64,000 nucleotides of DNA, taken from assembly GCA_032718475.1 (NCBI GenBank), contig JAUCBJ010004612.1, positions 1 through 64,000 of the forward strand. Direction: 5' to 3'. The number at the start of each line of letters is the position of its first letter. The stretch's first letter is position 1. The stretch is from Nemertoderma westbladi. Lineage: Eukaryota > Animalia > Xenacoelomorpha. Positions 39,006 to 51,821 of this stretch are shown in pieces. The position numbers and the translations under genes are program-made. The notes below the pieces were generated by a model. It saw only the letters and a program-made list of their open reading frames with translations. It had not been told where the DNA came from and searched no databases.

Positions 39006-40755
39006 TTAATATAAACTACTGTAGTAGCCACCATCCCTTCCATTCATGCATCCGTTATGGTCGGTACTATAACCACCTCGATAGTATCTATTTCCATCGT
39101 GAGGATTGTATCCCCAATCGGAGGATTGTAACCCTCGTCCGTGCGGTGCATGCTGTCTCTGATATTGGTTTTGGGAGCCATCACGGGAACGGCCGAGACC
39201 TCGTTGTCTTTCTCGACTCGCTGCGAATCCTTCACTTTCTCTGTGAATGTCGTCTCCTTCATGTGGTACTGAGCTCGGGATCTGTGGAACCTTTTGTCGA
39301 ACCGTTTGATCTACCTCGTTGGATTTTGGGATGTTGAGCCATTCCATGCTTTCATTACTTATTTGATGCGGTATCTTTATGGCTGCAGGGATTGTTGGAA
39401 GCTTGGGATCCATCTGTGGAGAGAGCATTGAGCCATCCGATTTTCTTAGGAAAACAAAAGGGTAAAAGTTCTCGTTGATGTGAATTTTTGTTTCTTTGCA
39501 TTGATCCGGATCCAAATTTTTTCGCATTTGAACTAGTTCTTTTCGTAGAGGAAGGAGGCACTTGGGGAGATCACGGGTTGCTGTAACTTTGTGTGTTATT
39601 AATCAGATAGATTTTCTTATTACCAATTGCCTGTGACCACGCCATTACCTCATCCAACTGGATGAAACGAACGAATAGTGGGGCGTTTATCTTTCCGGAA
39701 ATTCTGTGACAGTTGGCTACAATGGGTAGAGGAAGTTCGAGTCTTTCAGCTAAATGCGCGAGTGACGCTTTTGATTTTTCGTGACTTTCTCTTTGGTTTC
39801 CTTCGACTCCGAATATTATTAAGTTTCATTTACAGAACCTAACCTCGTTGGATAGAATTTGTCTTCTAGTTTCCCGATTCTCGGCTTGATTGTGTTGAAT
39901 TGAGGAAGCGAGTGCTTCGTTTGTCTCCTGAATTGAATTGCTGTTGAAGTCGACAGACTCTATAACCTCATTGATTTCTTTTCGAAATTCCTTTTTTAGG
40001 GTCACTATCTGTTCCTTAATTTCGGAAGCCTGAAGTTTCATGTCACCTCGAAGCGTGTTCGTCTGGGTGTTCATTTGGGTACCCAAATTCCTAATTGGCG
40101 ATTCTAGAGATTCCTCGCTCGATAGTTGTTTGTCGAGACTAGCAGGGTTTGTATAGGGAGGGTTTATAGGCTCTCTCAGCCCATCGGCACTGTCGGGGGG
40201 GGGGGGGGGGGGAAATCGCATCCTCTCCAAAGACCTTATTGTGCTCGACATTCGCTAACGGGGTGGAGATTCCCTCGACGCTATCGTTATTGAGTTGTGG
40301 CTCGGAGACTTCTTGTTCCGTGTCACTCGCATGCGTTGTCGGATGGGAAGGGAGGAAGAAGGCGCCCAAAGGGCCACTGCCACCTTTAGTTTCCTTTTCA
40401 CTTTTATTTTTCTGCTTATTTTTTTTTTTGCTGAGTGTGTCATTTTTGTTACTACCTTTTTAGAACCGTTCGGCGAGTTTACGTTTTCGATTCCCGACAG
40501 AATTACCGGAAGCTCTGGATTGACTTCATTAACCATCAATGGAGCGAAGTTGAAATTTTTGAATGTACCGATTGTGAGTGGGACTTTTAACCCATGTTCG
40601 TTGGTCCGATTTTTTGCCTGAATGGAGGACTGGCTTAAGGGAGTGTCGCGAAAGGCTTGCAGAAGATTTAAACAATGATCAATTCTCCGTCGTTTTGCAC
40701 GGGGGACGTTATCGGTTTCGGAGAATGACCGTTTCGTACTGAGATTGTTAGACAC
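39006..40755 (-). pseudogene. ORF1: LINE ORF1 remnants (basic N-terminus, coiled coil, RRM-like region)
   Basis: Fragments 40255-40755, 39826-40251 (coiled coil), LNIFGVEG...CHRI...PLFVRF (about 39650-39825) and 39006-39527, all upstream of ORF2 on the same strand. Confidence 0.7.
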
Positions 40756-41195
40756 TGAGTTTATTATCAGTGTCTCTTTGGAACCTTTTTCCCTTTGTCC
40801 CCTTCGGCACCGTATCTTTTTTTCCCTTGTTTTCAGAGTTAACTGAGCCTTCGGTTACTGGTTGTGTATTCATACGTGTGGCAGGAGAATAATTTTGAAA
40901 TTACTTATCTGACTGGCAGCACTAGGCTGTAGCAGGCCTACTGTATTGTTACTGCTGTACTGCGTTAGCCTACCGGCAGTACAGCAGTCCTACCTGCTGT
41001 TTGATATTATATAATTTGTATTTATTCAAAAAATTTAATGAAACTGTTATCACTATTATTATCTTACTAGAACTACTGACACTAAGGTGGAACAGCTAGG
41101 ATATTTGCGCTTTGTTTGTGTTTTAGTTTTAGTAACTATAGCTACCCCTTTCTATTGTTAGTTTTGTTCTATAATGCAGCATTGGTTGATTGTCT

Positions 41196-41430
41196 TGATG
41201 ATGATGATCGGCTTGCACTAGGGTGCAGTGCCGGCGGCCCCAGAAACATAGCGCCCCCAGATCTTGCGGTCAGCCATACAATTTCCTAATTCATTCCTGT
41301 TCTCAAGTCCTGTGTCCTTGAGCAGGCGTTTGAGGAAAGTCATAGGCTGTCCACCACATCTATTCTCGCCAGCAGGCTGCCACAGCACAAGGTTGTGTAC
41401 AGGTTGATCCTGCCGGCGGAAGCAGGTTTG
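41196..41430 (-). mobile_element. 5'-truncated RTE-like LINE 3' fragment
   Basis: Minus-strand translation LVLWQPAGENRCGGQPMTFLKRLLKDTG...CMADRKIW resembles RTE C-termini; (TCA)n tail at 41196-41207. Confidence 0.6.
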
Positions 41431-41989
41431 CCTTAGCAGCCGGTGATGTAATATTTGTATGGAAAAATGGAGTCTTCATTTATAATATAGGGTGGTTCTA
41501 TGGTGGGTTCAGGGTCATCACTCGCTCGGTGTCCTGGTTGTGCATCATGGGCATTTTTTCATAAATATTTGGTAATCTTATATCTTGTAAACATGCTTAT
41601 TTGCTTCATACTATATTTTTGTTAGTGGTAGCAAAGTTTAATTTTTTATTATGTGGGACAATCCACAAAGTCAGCTAGCCTCACGCCTTACAGTTTAGAC
41701 AATTGTTTAGTTTAGGCCTACTTACTAGGCCTACAGCTGACTGACATAGTGCATTGACTTGGCTAGGATTCTTCCCCCGGGCTCCTTCCAGCCAGCTTGC
41801 TGGCTTTCTAGTTAAGTAATAAAATACGAAATATATTGCACTAATCTACTGAATATTTGCCGAAATTATTCTACTAAATACAATTAAATAAAACAATCAT
41901 AATAATATAAATTCATAATAATGCGTACATAAATAAATATAAAATAAAACAAATAAAAGAATAGAGTCACAAACCCACTCCAATAGCTG

Positions 41990-44900
41990 TTACGTTGTGG
42001 AGTCCCTAGATGTTTGTTGGATTATGGAGGTGGTCGTAGGTAGAGTCTCTTGTTTTCCATAGTTGCCGGACAACTCTCGGTCTCTTTCCAATAAACATAA
42101 ATGACCAACCGGGCGATTAAGTTGCTGAGTTTCAAAAACAATTCCAGGTTTCTTGTAGTTACGTCGCATGACTACGAGTTCCACCGATCTCACTAAACCA
42201 TCATCGGATATATGAGTCTCGATGATACGACCTGTCTGCCACCTCATACGGGGAAGATCGGATTCTACAATGAGGACCATGTCTCCGGCGCTGACATTTT
42301 CTTGCTGCGCAAGCCAGTTTGTTCGAAGCTGCAGTGTAGGAAGATAATATTTTTCGAAATTGTCAGCGAATCAATGGGATAATAACTGCATAAGTTGCCA
42401 AGTTTGTCGGCAGTATTCGTCTCCGTCCATTATTTCCTGCATGGCTACAGGTTTCTTTAGTAGGAAATGCGCGGGTGTTAGCGCTTCTAGGGAGTCTGGA
42501 CTCGATGAGACTGGCATAAGAGGTCTCTCGTTGAGATAGACGGCTATTACCTCCATTAACGTCCGCAAAAGTTCGTTGGTAAGATACGCGTGGCACGGCA
42601 CTACAAAGTGAAATGCGGTATTCACGCTACGTATGAGTCTCTCCCAACTTCCTCCCCACCAAGGGATGTCGGCGGCGTTGAAGGTCCAGCTAGATGCTGT
42701 TACTCTCAGCTGATCGTCCACCTGTCTTTGGTTCTAATCGTTTACGTAAGCTTTGATCTCGTTGTTGGCTCCAATGAAATTAGTACCTTTGTCAGATCTC
42801 ATAGTGTTGCTAGTCGCAAAATGAGCGATTTGTTGGCGTAAACTCAGTATGAAGCTGTTGGTAGATAGATCGTTCACCATATCAAGATGGATCGCTCTAC
42901 AAGTCATACAAACAACGATGACGCACCATCGCTTGACTATAGTCCTAGCGCGATACACTTCAATAGGGCCAAATAAATCCACACCGGTATTGGTAAAGGG
43001 TGGTTCATAACAGCTTACTCGTTCCCTAGGTAATTCTGTCTCTCGCTGTGTTAAAGGCCGACTAAATGCTTTCCTACATGGTATATAGTTCCTAAGAACT
43101 TGGTTTAGTGCTCTATTATGGGGCTTATGGAAATAATAGCGAGTTCGAATTTCGCTAAGAACTCGTTCTCTTCCAGCATGGTAAAGCTTACTGTGAACAT
43201 CTACAATCATCTTGATTTGTATTTCAAGATTTCTAATTAGTATGGGAAAAACTTAGTGTCAAAGGTCAATAGAGCATTAGTTAATCTCCCTCCGACACGT
43301 ATTAGCCCATCTATCATTGTGCTAGAAAAAGAATCCCTTAAGCGCATCTGTGGATTTCTCAACAACAGGAAATACTTTTCGGAATTCTCATAACATTGCA
43401 GGAGTCTCAATATTTGCTTGTTGGTCTCGTCATGTTCTTGGTAACTGATCTAATGAGTTAGGAACTTATTAGGTAGCCAATAAGTGGGAAGGTCTTTGGT
43501 AGCATGGACCCTTTCAGCTACTTCCGAAGTGGCGTCATTAGCGATCTTCATCCTGGAATAGTGATGATGGAAACATCGCTTTAAATATACAATGGCTTTA
43601 CAAAGCCGATTCCAGGAGCTATAATGAGCCATCACTCTCTGGATGAGAGGATAGAGTCCCTTTGAGACGTCTGGTGTTCCAGATTTCCAATCTCTTTCCC
43701 TTATTTCAATGATGGATTTATTAGGGGTGCGAGTAACGTCTATGGATTTTGGTTGATTAGGATCCACAGTGGGGTCACCGGCAGTATGTAGCACAGACAG
43801 ATCAATCGCTGGCTTGAACAGTTTGGATTTACTCGTCAGGCTTTTTGGTTTGACCTTTTCCACTCCCTTGGCTTGTCTGATATCAGCCATGGTGAGATGA
43901 GGGAGCCATTCCTCCTCTTCTTTACTTAGGAAGTCGGGGCCACCTAACCAATCTGGAGTATCTGTCAGTTCTTGAGGAGTTGCTCCTCTGGAAGCGATAT
44001 CGGCTGGGTTAATCGTCCCGGGGCAATGTCTCCATTGATCTATATTAATGCGAGTGAGTAAAGTGGCTACTCGGTTGGTAACAAAGATGCTGAACTGACA
44101 GGCTTCATTAGTGATATATTCCAGAACAAGTAATGCATCAGTCCAATAAACAGTTTTCTCTAGTGGATATTCGATCTGTTCAGTTACATTCCGGCCGATG
44201 GCTGTAGTGTATAGTGCCGCTTTTAACTCCGCTCTGGGGACCCTCAGTTTGTTGCTTATTAGGGCCTTGGAGGTGGCTAATTAAACTTTAATTCCATCGG
44301 GACTTTAAACCCTCAGGTAGGCTACTATACCTATTCCGATATCGCTGCCGTCTCCAAAAACATGGAGTTGATAGGAATACGTGGGGAGAACATGACCGAA
44401 ATACGAGCGGGAAATCTTAAAGTTCTCGATAGATGGTAAAGAATCCTCCCACTTCATCCACTTCTTTAGCAGTTCTCCCTGGAGTGGATCATCCCAAGAG
44501 TGGTTTTCGAGCCACATTTGTTGCACCAGACCCCGAGCAACTAGGATTACAGGACTAATAAATAAATCCCAATGGGTCGAAATAGGTGCTCAGAATACTT
44601 AGGCAAATCTGTTTAGTTCAAACGGGGTTTTCGCGTTGTTTCAGTTGGAAAAATAAAATGTCTCTCTCCGTGTCCCATTTCAGTCCAAGGGTTTTAGTTT
44701 CGGGGAGATCGTCCTTAATGAGGTCAAGATCTTTAACACTTCGGTCTTCCACTCTGATCGATTCCAGGAATTCACGGGAGTTACTAGTGAATTTGGTTAG
44801 ACGAAATCCACCTTGTTGTAGGCACTCTACCATTCCCTTGGCAACATCGATTGCTTCTTCTACTGATGGGAGGGACTTTAGGTTGTCATCCATGTAAATA

Positions 44901-46445
44901 TCCCGTTTGATGTTGTCGATAACCGCTTTAGAGAAGGCATCTCTATTATCATCGGCAGTGGTGCGCACTACCGAACAAGCGTTCGAGGGGCTAGATATGA
45001 TCTCGAAAGCCTGGATGGTCATCCAGTACTCCACCGGTTCTCGGTTGAGGTTTCCTTCCTGCCACCACAGAAATCGTAGGCTATCACAATACCTAGGTAA
45101 CGCTTTAACTTGTAGAAACATGCCTTCATTGTTAGAGGCGAAGGCGATAGAATATTGCCAGAGTCATAATAATATCCCCAATAAAGGTCCCGGCAACAGT
45201 TCAGAATTTAGGGAATGTCCCATATAAAGGGCGGAGCCGTCGAATACTACCCGGACTTCATCTGGTTTACCGGGCTTAGGAACGTAATGATGTGTCAAGT
45301 AATACGTTCTTTCCGTTTTGTGTGTTTCCTCCGGAACTCGCTCCGCGTATCCTTTATCGATAAATTTCTTTAATTGCGTCTTATACATCTCTTTGGCTCG
45401 ATCGTTAGATGATAAGCGCCAATGCAGTTGTTCGATTCTTTTGATGGCTAAAGGTCGGTTATTAACAAAGCTGGGTTCCCTCCGCCTAAAGGGAAGACCA
45501 ATCTTGTAATGACCCTCCTCCTTAATATAACGAATAGTCGTTACCTGAATTTGTTTGGCCCTCTCTTCCTCGACTGATGACGCTTTATCGTAGGAATTAG
45601 GCTCTACAGCTTCCTGGGTAAAGAATCACACTGCTTGTTCATCACGTAACTTATTGTTGTATTGCTCTACTACCTCATTAAGTTCGTTGTCGCCATAAGT
45701 CAGTATTTAGTTCGTTATTTTGACATATAACATTATACAGATTTAATTGATTGGTCCAAGTTTGATTCTCTGTGAGGAGTTCGATGGTGTTATCCTTGTC
45801 GTATAGGGTCTGGATATCATCGTTGTCTGAGGAGCATGAATTTCCCTCAGCTAGGATTTCCTCGTCTTTCACGGTTTCCACACACTCCGTTACCTGTGGA
45901 CTTGCTCACTTTCTAATCTTTCTTTCAAAAGTGAAATACCAAGCTACTCTAGTTCTTCCCGCATAAGTTTGCAATGGTAGCGGTGGAGCAGGCAGTTTCT
46001 CAATGGTTTCTAGCACTTCGTGCGCATTCTGACAGAGCAGTATTTGTACCCCTGGGTAATCTGTTTTAAATCTGGGGACGTTGTATTGTTGGGCAAAGTT
46101 GTCCTCGTCCCAGTTGTAAGGCTCTACTTGACTAGCAGCAAAGTTTTTTATTGCCACCATTTTAACTAACCTTATACTGTCCTCGCCTGATTCGTCCTGG
46201 GGAGTCGACAACGATCCTATGTAGAAATCCGTGGATAGAGTAGATTTCCATACCTGCATAATCCCGGATAGATTCAGTTTGGTTTGGAATCTTTTTTGAC
46301 CAGCTAATATATCCTCGGCCAGATCTTTATCTATAAAGCCTGTACTACCTGAATCAAGGAGGGCATTGACTATAAGGCTCTTACCTTGTCCATGTACTCT
46401 AAGCTGCACCACTGGGAACTCTCTGATGCCGACAGATGGTTGCAA
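41990..46445 (-). pseudogene. pol: BEL/Pao pol of element 3 (protease, RT, RNase H, integrase fragments)
   Basis: ALLDSGST, YYLTHHYV...VRVVFDGS, IYMDD, LHVFGDGS, GVDLFGP, SDKGTNF, WWGGSWERLIRS, DGLVRSV. Many stops and frameshifts. Confidence 0.92.
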
Positions 46446-47564
46446 AACCTTCCATGAGGGCTGTCGATCCGGAATGGGTAGTTGGGATTCCTCTCCATCA
46501 GTCGCTGCCTCATAAGTAAGGGCTCAATATACGGCTGTGATCATATAACAGGATTCATTTTCATCAGAAAACTCATCCGTATGGAATCCTTCCATCTCCG
46601 AACTCTGGTCTGTACCGCTCCCATCACTGAACTGTACATGCAGTTCTGGTTCACTTACCTTATCGAACTCAGTGTGCAGTAGGATGTGATGTTTCGCTCC
46701 ACACTTAGCACACCTCACGTCTGAGTAACAGCTTTTTCTTTGATGTCCTCTTCTGAGGCAATTGTAACATAACCTTTCATCCCACTACGCCCACTATCAC
46801 ACACTACGTCTATCCTTTAATTCTTTCCTTAAGAATTCCTCACAACCACTCAAGCGATGGGGCCCTTCGCACAATACACACTTAGGTTTCATGTTACTTA
46901 CCTTAACTTGCATGGTGTTTTGTACGCTAACTCTTTCTTCGGGCTTCCTACCAGGAATTCTCTTGGGAGACGTAGGAGGAGTTCTGAGTTGTTCTCCCTT
47001 GCTACTAGTTCGAAACTTGGGTTTATTTATGTCCTTACCTTTACTCGTATAATAAGTTCTTTCGGTGCCTTTGCCACTATCTTTGTCATAAGACATTTGA
47101 CTCTCATAATTGGTATAACACACTGGTGTTATCTTTCTCCTAGTAACAGGTTTCTCACTTGCCTTGGTTTCCGGAGTCTTTTCTCTAGACTGTTTTATTA
47201 GCTGTAATCTTACCTCTCCGTTTAAGAACGACATAAGGTCCTCCATGGTTGGATCTCTCTGCTGTTGGTCCATCAAGTATAGAACCTTTTTGTCCCAACA
47301 AGTACCTACTCCACCCTTTGGCAAAGTTGACACTACGGCTCCTACAACCATAGAACTTTGGTATTCATGAGACGTACCCAACCAGTCTAACTGTCTACAG
47401 ATCTCCTGAATCTCATCGGAAAACTCTATAATCCCATTGCAGGAAACTTCCTGGGCGCTATTGCTAGGAAACTTCCTGGGCGCTACTAATTTCGCATACA
47501 GATATCTAGCTATGTTAGTCCTATTATCACACCTGATGTTAAGTGTATCCCAGACTTGTCTTAA

Positions 47565-49108
47565 CCCTATTAGTACCGGGCTATAAAATGTTGTACAAAT
47601 ACCGGGGGGGGGGGGGGGGGGGTCATATTGACCCCCCCCCCCTCTAAATTCTACAAATATTTACGAAAACGTCTGATTTTTTGTTTGTACGTAGGTATCA
47701 CTTGTCTCGATCCGACCGAAAAAAATGTACTGGGGTGGTTATATTGCAGCACCAAAATTACAAGTAGTGCAAAATTTGAAAGTTACATTTTCGGCTAATT
47801 ATTTTTCAATACAGGTTTTCTGGGGTGCAAAATACATTGGAAAATATTTAAAAATGATATGATTACTATAAATGGCTGTTTAGTCCTCTCTGCGTAGGAA
47901 AAAATGAAAAAAACAAGTAACCAGCACTTTTCAGTTAGAACACAAAATTTTTAATTCACTTATACGATGCTATAAATTCACATTTTCAGGTTTTCGAGGG
48001 CGCTGATTCTAATGGAATATATTTCTAATATGCCAGATCATTGCTACTTGTATTTTTCGGCGCAATTTGGCAATTTTTGGTGCTAGGGCCAAATTTCGTA
48101 CCCATCACCAAAAAGTACAAGTTTGCGATGTCCAGTGCTTTTTTTATGGATTCCATCGGATTCAGGACCCTCATAAACACGTATAACGCAAGAAACAAGG
48201 TGATACTATCTCCTGATCAATTTGCATATTTTCCAAAATTTGGTGCTGGCACAACAATTTTCACCCACTGGCGAAAAATACAAGTTTGAGAACTCTTATG
48301 AAATTTTTACTGATTCCATTGAATTCAGAACCATCACAAACCCGTATAACGCAAGAAACAAGGTGACACAATCAATTGATATATTTGATGGTTTTCAAAA
48401 TTTGGTGCTAGCACCACATTTTGCACCCATATCCGAAAAATACAAGTTTGAGATGTCTAGTTCGATAATTATATATTCCATTGAATTCAGAACAGCCATA
48501 AACCTCTAAAACGCAAGAAATAAATTGTCACAAGCAATTTTATCTATTGAATGAATTTTCAAAATTTTGTGCTAGCACCAAAATTTGCACACAGCACCGA
48601 AAAATACAAATTTGATACGCTTGGTGCAACTCGTATATATTTCATCGAATCCAAAACCCCAAAAAACCTCAATTGCGTAAAAAACAAGTTTCAAACAATC
48701 AATTTACAAAATTGACATAATTCAAAATTTGGTGCTGGCACCAAAATTAGGCACCCACCGAAAAAAACAAGTTTGGAATTTCTAAATCAATTTATATGAA
48801 TTCCATCCAATTTCTAACACCAAAAAACCGGTGTAAATCAAAAATAGAGATGTTACAATTCATATTTAATGAAATGTAATTTTCAAAAAACGTCTCAAAA
48901 AAAGTGCCAAAAGTAGGGTTAAAATATGGTGCTATAACTCGAAAAGTACCCAATATTTTTGAAAACGGTTTTCACTACTAGGAAGACAATAGATTTTTAG
49001 GAAAAGTCATAAAATTTCAGATTCCCAACTGCGTTTGTTTCAGAATTATAATAAAAAAACCACGGGGGGGGGGTCATATTGACCCCCCCCCCCCCGGGTT
49101 TAATAGGG
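47565..49108. mobile_element. piggyBac-like non-autonomous element, intact copy B
   Basis: TTAA TSD (47561-64, 49109-12), CCCTATTA...TAATAGGG termini, subterminal GGGGTCATATTGACCCC palindromes. Confidence 0.95.
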
Positions 49109-50262
49109 TTAATCCGTCAGGATTTCCAATAAACTTTAACGCCATTAACTTGGGAGGACCCTCCAAGCACTCGATGAGGAATCGTAGTTTCTCTCCATTA
49201 TTGGATAGTACAGAGTTTTGTATATTATCTTTGTAATATTCATTAAAAGGTAACCATTTCATCTCATCTCCATTAAACTTGACAACCTCTCCCACCTTTA
49301 CAGCTTGACGAGCTTCCGTGCTAGCCATCTGACGCGTGAAACTCTTTAGAGCCATCGTATTATTTAATATTGAATTATCGGTATATAAATTTCTCGGATT
49401 ATTATCAGATCGGTATGGGATATCATTATCAACAGGTTTATTAATAGGGTTTACTATAGGAGTTTCTACTTCACTAGCAGTATAGATGCGTGTAGGCTCC
49501 ATCTCCATACCTTGCGCATGAGATACTTCAGGCCTAAAGGGCTGACACACTGTTACAGGGGGTGGTGGTATACCCATTTATATATTGACTAATTTATCGC
49601 GTTCGATAGCGATGTGTTGCTGCACTTCTTGCAACTCTATTTTACTGTCTTGTACTGTTTCCTTTAATAATTGAACAGTTCCTTCTAAATCTCGGACTTG
49701 TTCAGTAGATTTAGCCATGGTTTGGGCTAATTGTCCGAGTAACTCTTTTAACTCCTGCCACCCTTCCTCCATCTACTCTACCGCTGGGGTAACTGGATGG
49801 CATATGGGGGCCACAGGGGATATTCCTTTTAGGAATAAATTTTTCTCGGTATTAATACCAGTCTGAGACTCTGGTAGTTGTCTACTGACCAAGGGAAGTT
49901 TGGTACTGTATAAAGGGAATTCAGAGTTGAGTTCAGGCAGCAAAAGGGTCTCTCTCCATTAAAGGAGTAGCTTTGATAGCAGGCCTAATTATTTCTGGCT
50001 CATCTACTATAGTAGGGAGTCTATCTGCTCGTATAACTTGAGTTATTGATTCTCTATCTCTTAAGTCTACATTAGCTAATTCCCTTCTCATCGGGGGGGG
50101 TTATGTAACTTATGTCCTTTGGGCGCTCTTCTACGTCCGTTTGAATGGGATTTGTTACTTCTATACTCGGAATTAGTGGTAGTACCTTCGTCCGAGGAAG
50201 TAAATCCATGTCTTCTAGGAGTAGATCGACTTAGGAGTTGCATCTGAGTCGCTGCCCTTTAA

Positions 50263-51821
50263 CCCTATTAGTACCGGGCTATAAAATGTTGTACAAATAC
50301 CGGGGGGGGGGGGGGTCATATTGACCCCCCCCCCCTCTAAAATCTACAAATATTTACGAAAACGTCTGATTTTTTGTTGGTACGTAGGTATCACTTGTCT
50401 GGATCCGACCGAAAAAAAAATTTTCGAAAAAATGTACTGGGGTGGTTATATTGCAGCACCAAAATTACAAGTAGTGCACAATTTTCACAAAATTTGAAAG
50501 TTACATTTTCGGCTAAATATTTTTAATACAGGTTTTCTGGGGTGCAAAATACATTGGAAAATATTAAAAAATGATATGATTACTATAAATGGCTGTTTAG
50601 TCCTCACTGCGTAGGAAAAAAATGAAAAAAACAAGTAACCAGCACTTTTCAGTTAGAACACAAAATTTTTAATTCACTTATACGATGCTATAAATTCACA
50701 TTTTCAGGTTTTCGAGGGCGCTGATTCTAATGGAATACATTTCTAATATGCCAGATGATTGCTACTTGTTTTTTTCGGCGTAATTTGGCAAATTTTGGTG
50801 CTAGCACCAAATTTCGTACCCATCACCAAAAAGTACAAGTTTGCGATGTCCAGTGCTGTTTTTATTGATTCCATCGGATTCAGGACCCTCATAAACCCGT
50901 ATAACGCAAGAAACAAGGCGATACTATCTGCTTATCAATTTGCATATTTTCCAAAATTTGGTGCTGGCACAACAATTTTCACCCACCGGCGAAAAATACA
51001 AGTTTGAGAACTCTTATGAAATTTTTACTGATTCCATTGAATTCAGAACCATCACAAACCCGTATAACGCAAGAAACAAGGTGACACAATCAATTGATAT
51101 ATTTGATGGTTTTCAAAATTTGGTGCTAGCACCACATTTTGCACCCACATCCGAAAAATACAAGTTTGAGATGTCCAGTTCGATAATTATATTTTCCATT
51201 GAATTCAGAACAGCCATAAACCTCTACACCGCAAGAAATAAATTGTCACAAGCAATTTTATCTATTGAATGGATTTTCAAAATTTCGTGCTAGCACCAAA
51301 ATTTGCACACAGCACCGAAAAATACAAGTTTGATACGCTTGGTGCAACTCGTATATATTTCATCGAATCCAGAACCCCAAAAAACCCCAATTACGTAAAA
51401 AACAAGTTTCAAACAATCAATTTACAAAATTGACTTATTTCAAAATTTGGTGCTGGCACCAAAATTTGGCACCCACCGAAAAAAACAAGTTTGAAATTTC
51501 TAAATCAATTTATATGAATTCCATCCAATTTCTAACACCAAAAAACCGGTGTAAATCAAAAATAGAGATGTTACAATTAATATTTAATGAAATGTATTTT
51601 TCAAAAAACGTCTCAAAAAAAGTGCCAAAAGTAGGGTTAAAAAATGGTGCTATAACTCGAAAAGTACCCAATATTTTTGAAAACGGTTTTCACTACTAGG
51701 AAGACAATAGATTTTTAGGAAAAGTCATAAAATTTCAGATTCCCAACTGCGTTTGTTTCAGAATTATAATAAAAAAACCACGGGAGGGGTCATATTGACC
51801 CCCCCCCCGGGTTTAATAGGG
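50263..51821. mobile_element. piggyBac-like non-autonomous element, intact copy C
   Basis: TTAA TSD (50259-62, 51822-25); same termini and internal sequence as copy B. Confidence 0.95.

Larger units (their letters stand above)
30896..41162 (-). mobile_element. L1/Tx1-clade non-LTR retrotransposon, full length but inactivated
   Basis: ORF1 and ORF2 remnants, A10/(TAA)n tail at 30896-30920, and 13-bp TSD TTTG(C/T)TCTATAAT at 30883-30895 and 41163-41175. Confidence 0.9.

Noticed and set aside
48041-48509. Recurrent short ORFs (MLLVFF..., MHIFQNL...) in several places
   Set aside because: They recur only because the non-coding MITE is multicopy; no transposase motifs and non-ATG starts.
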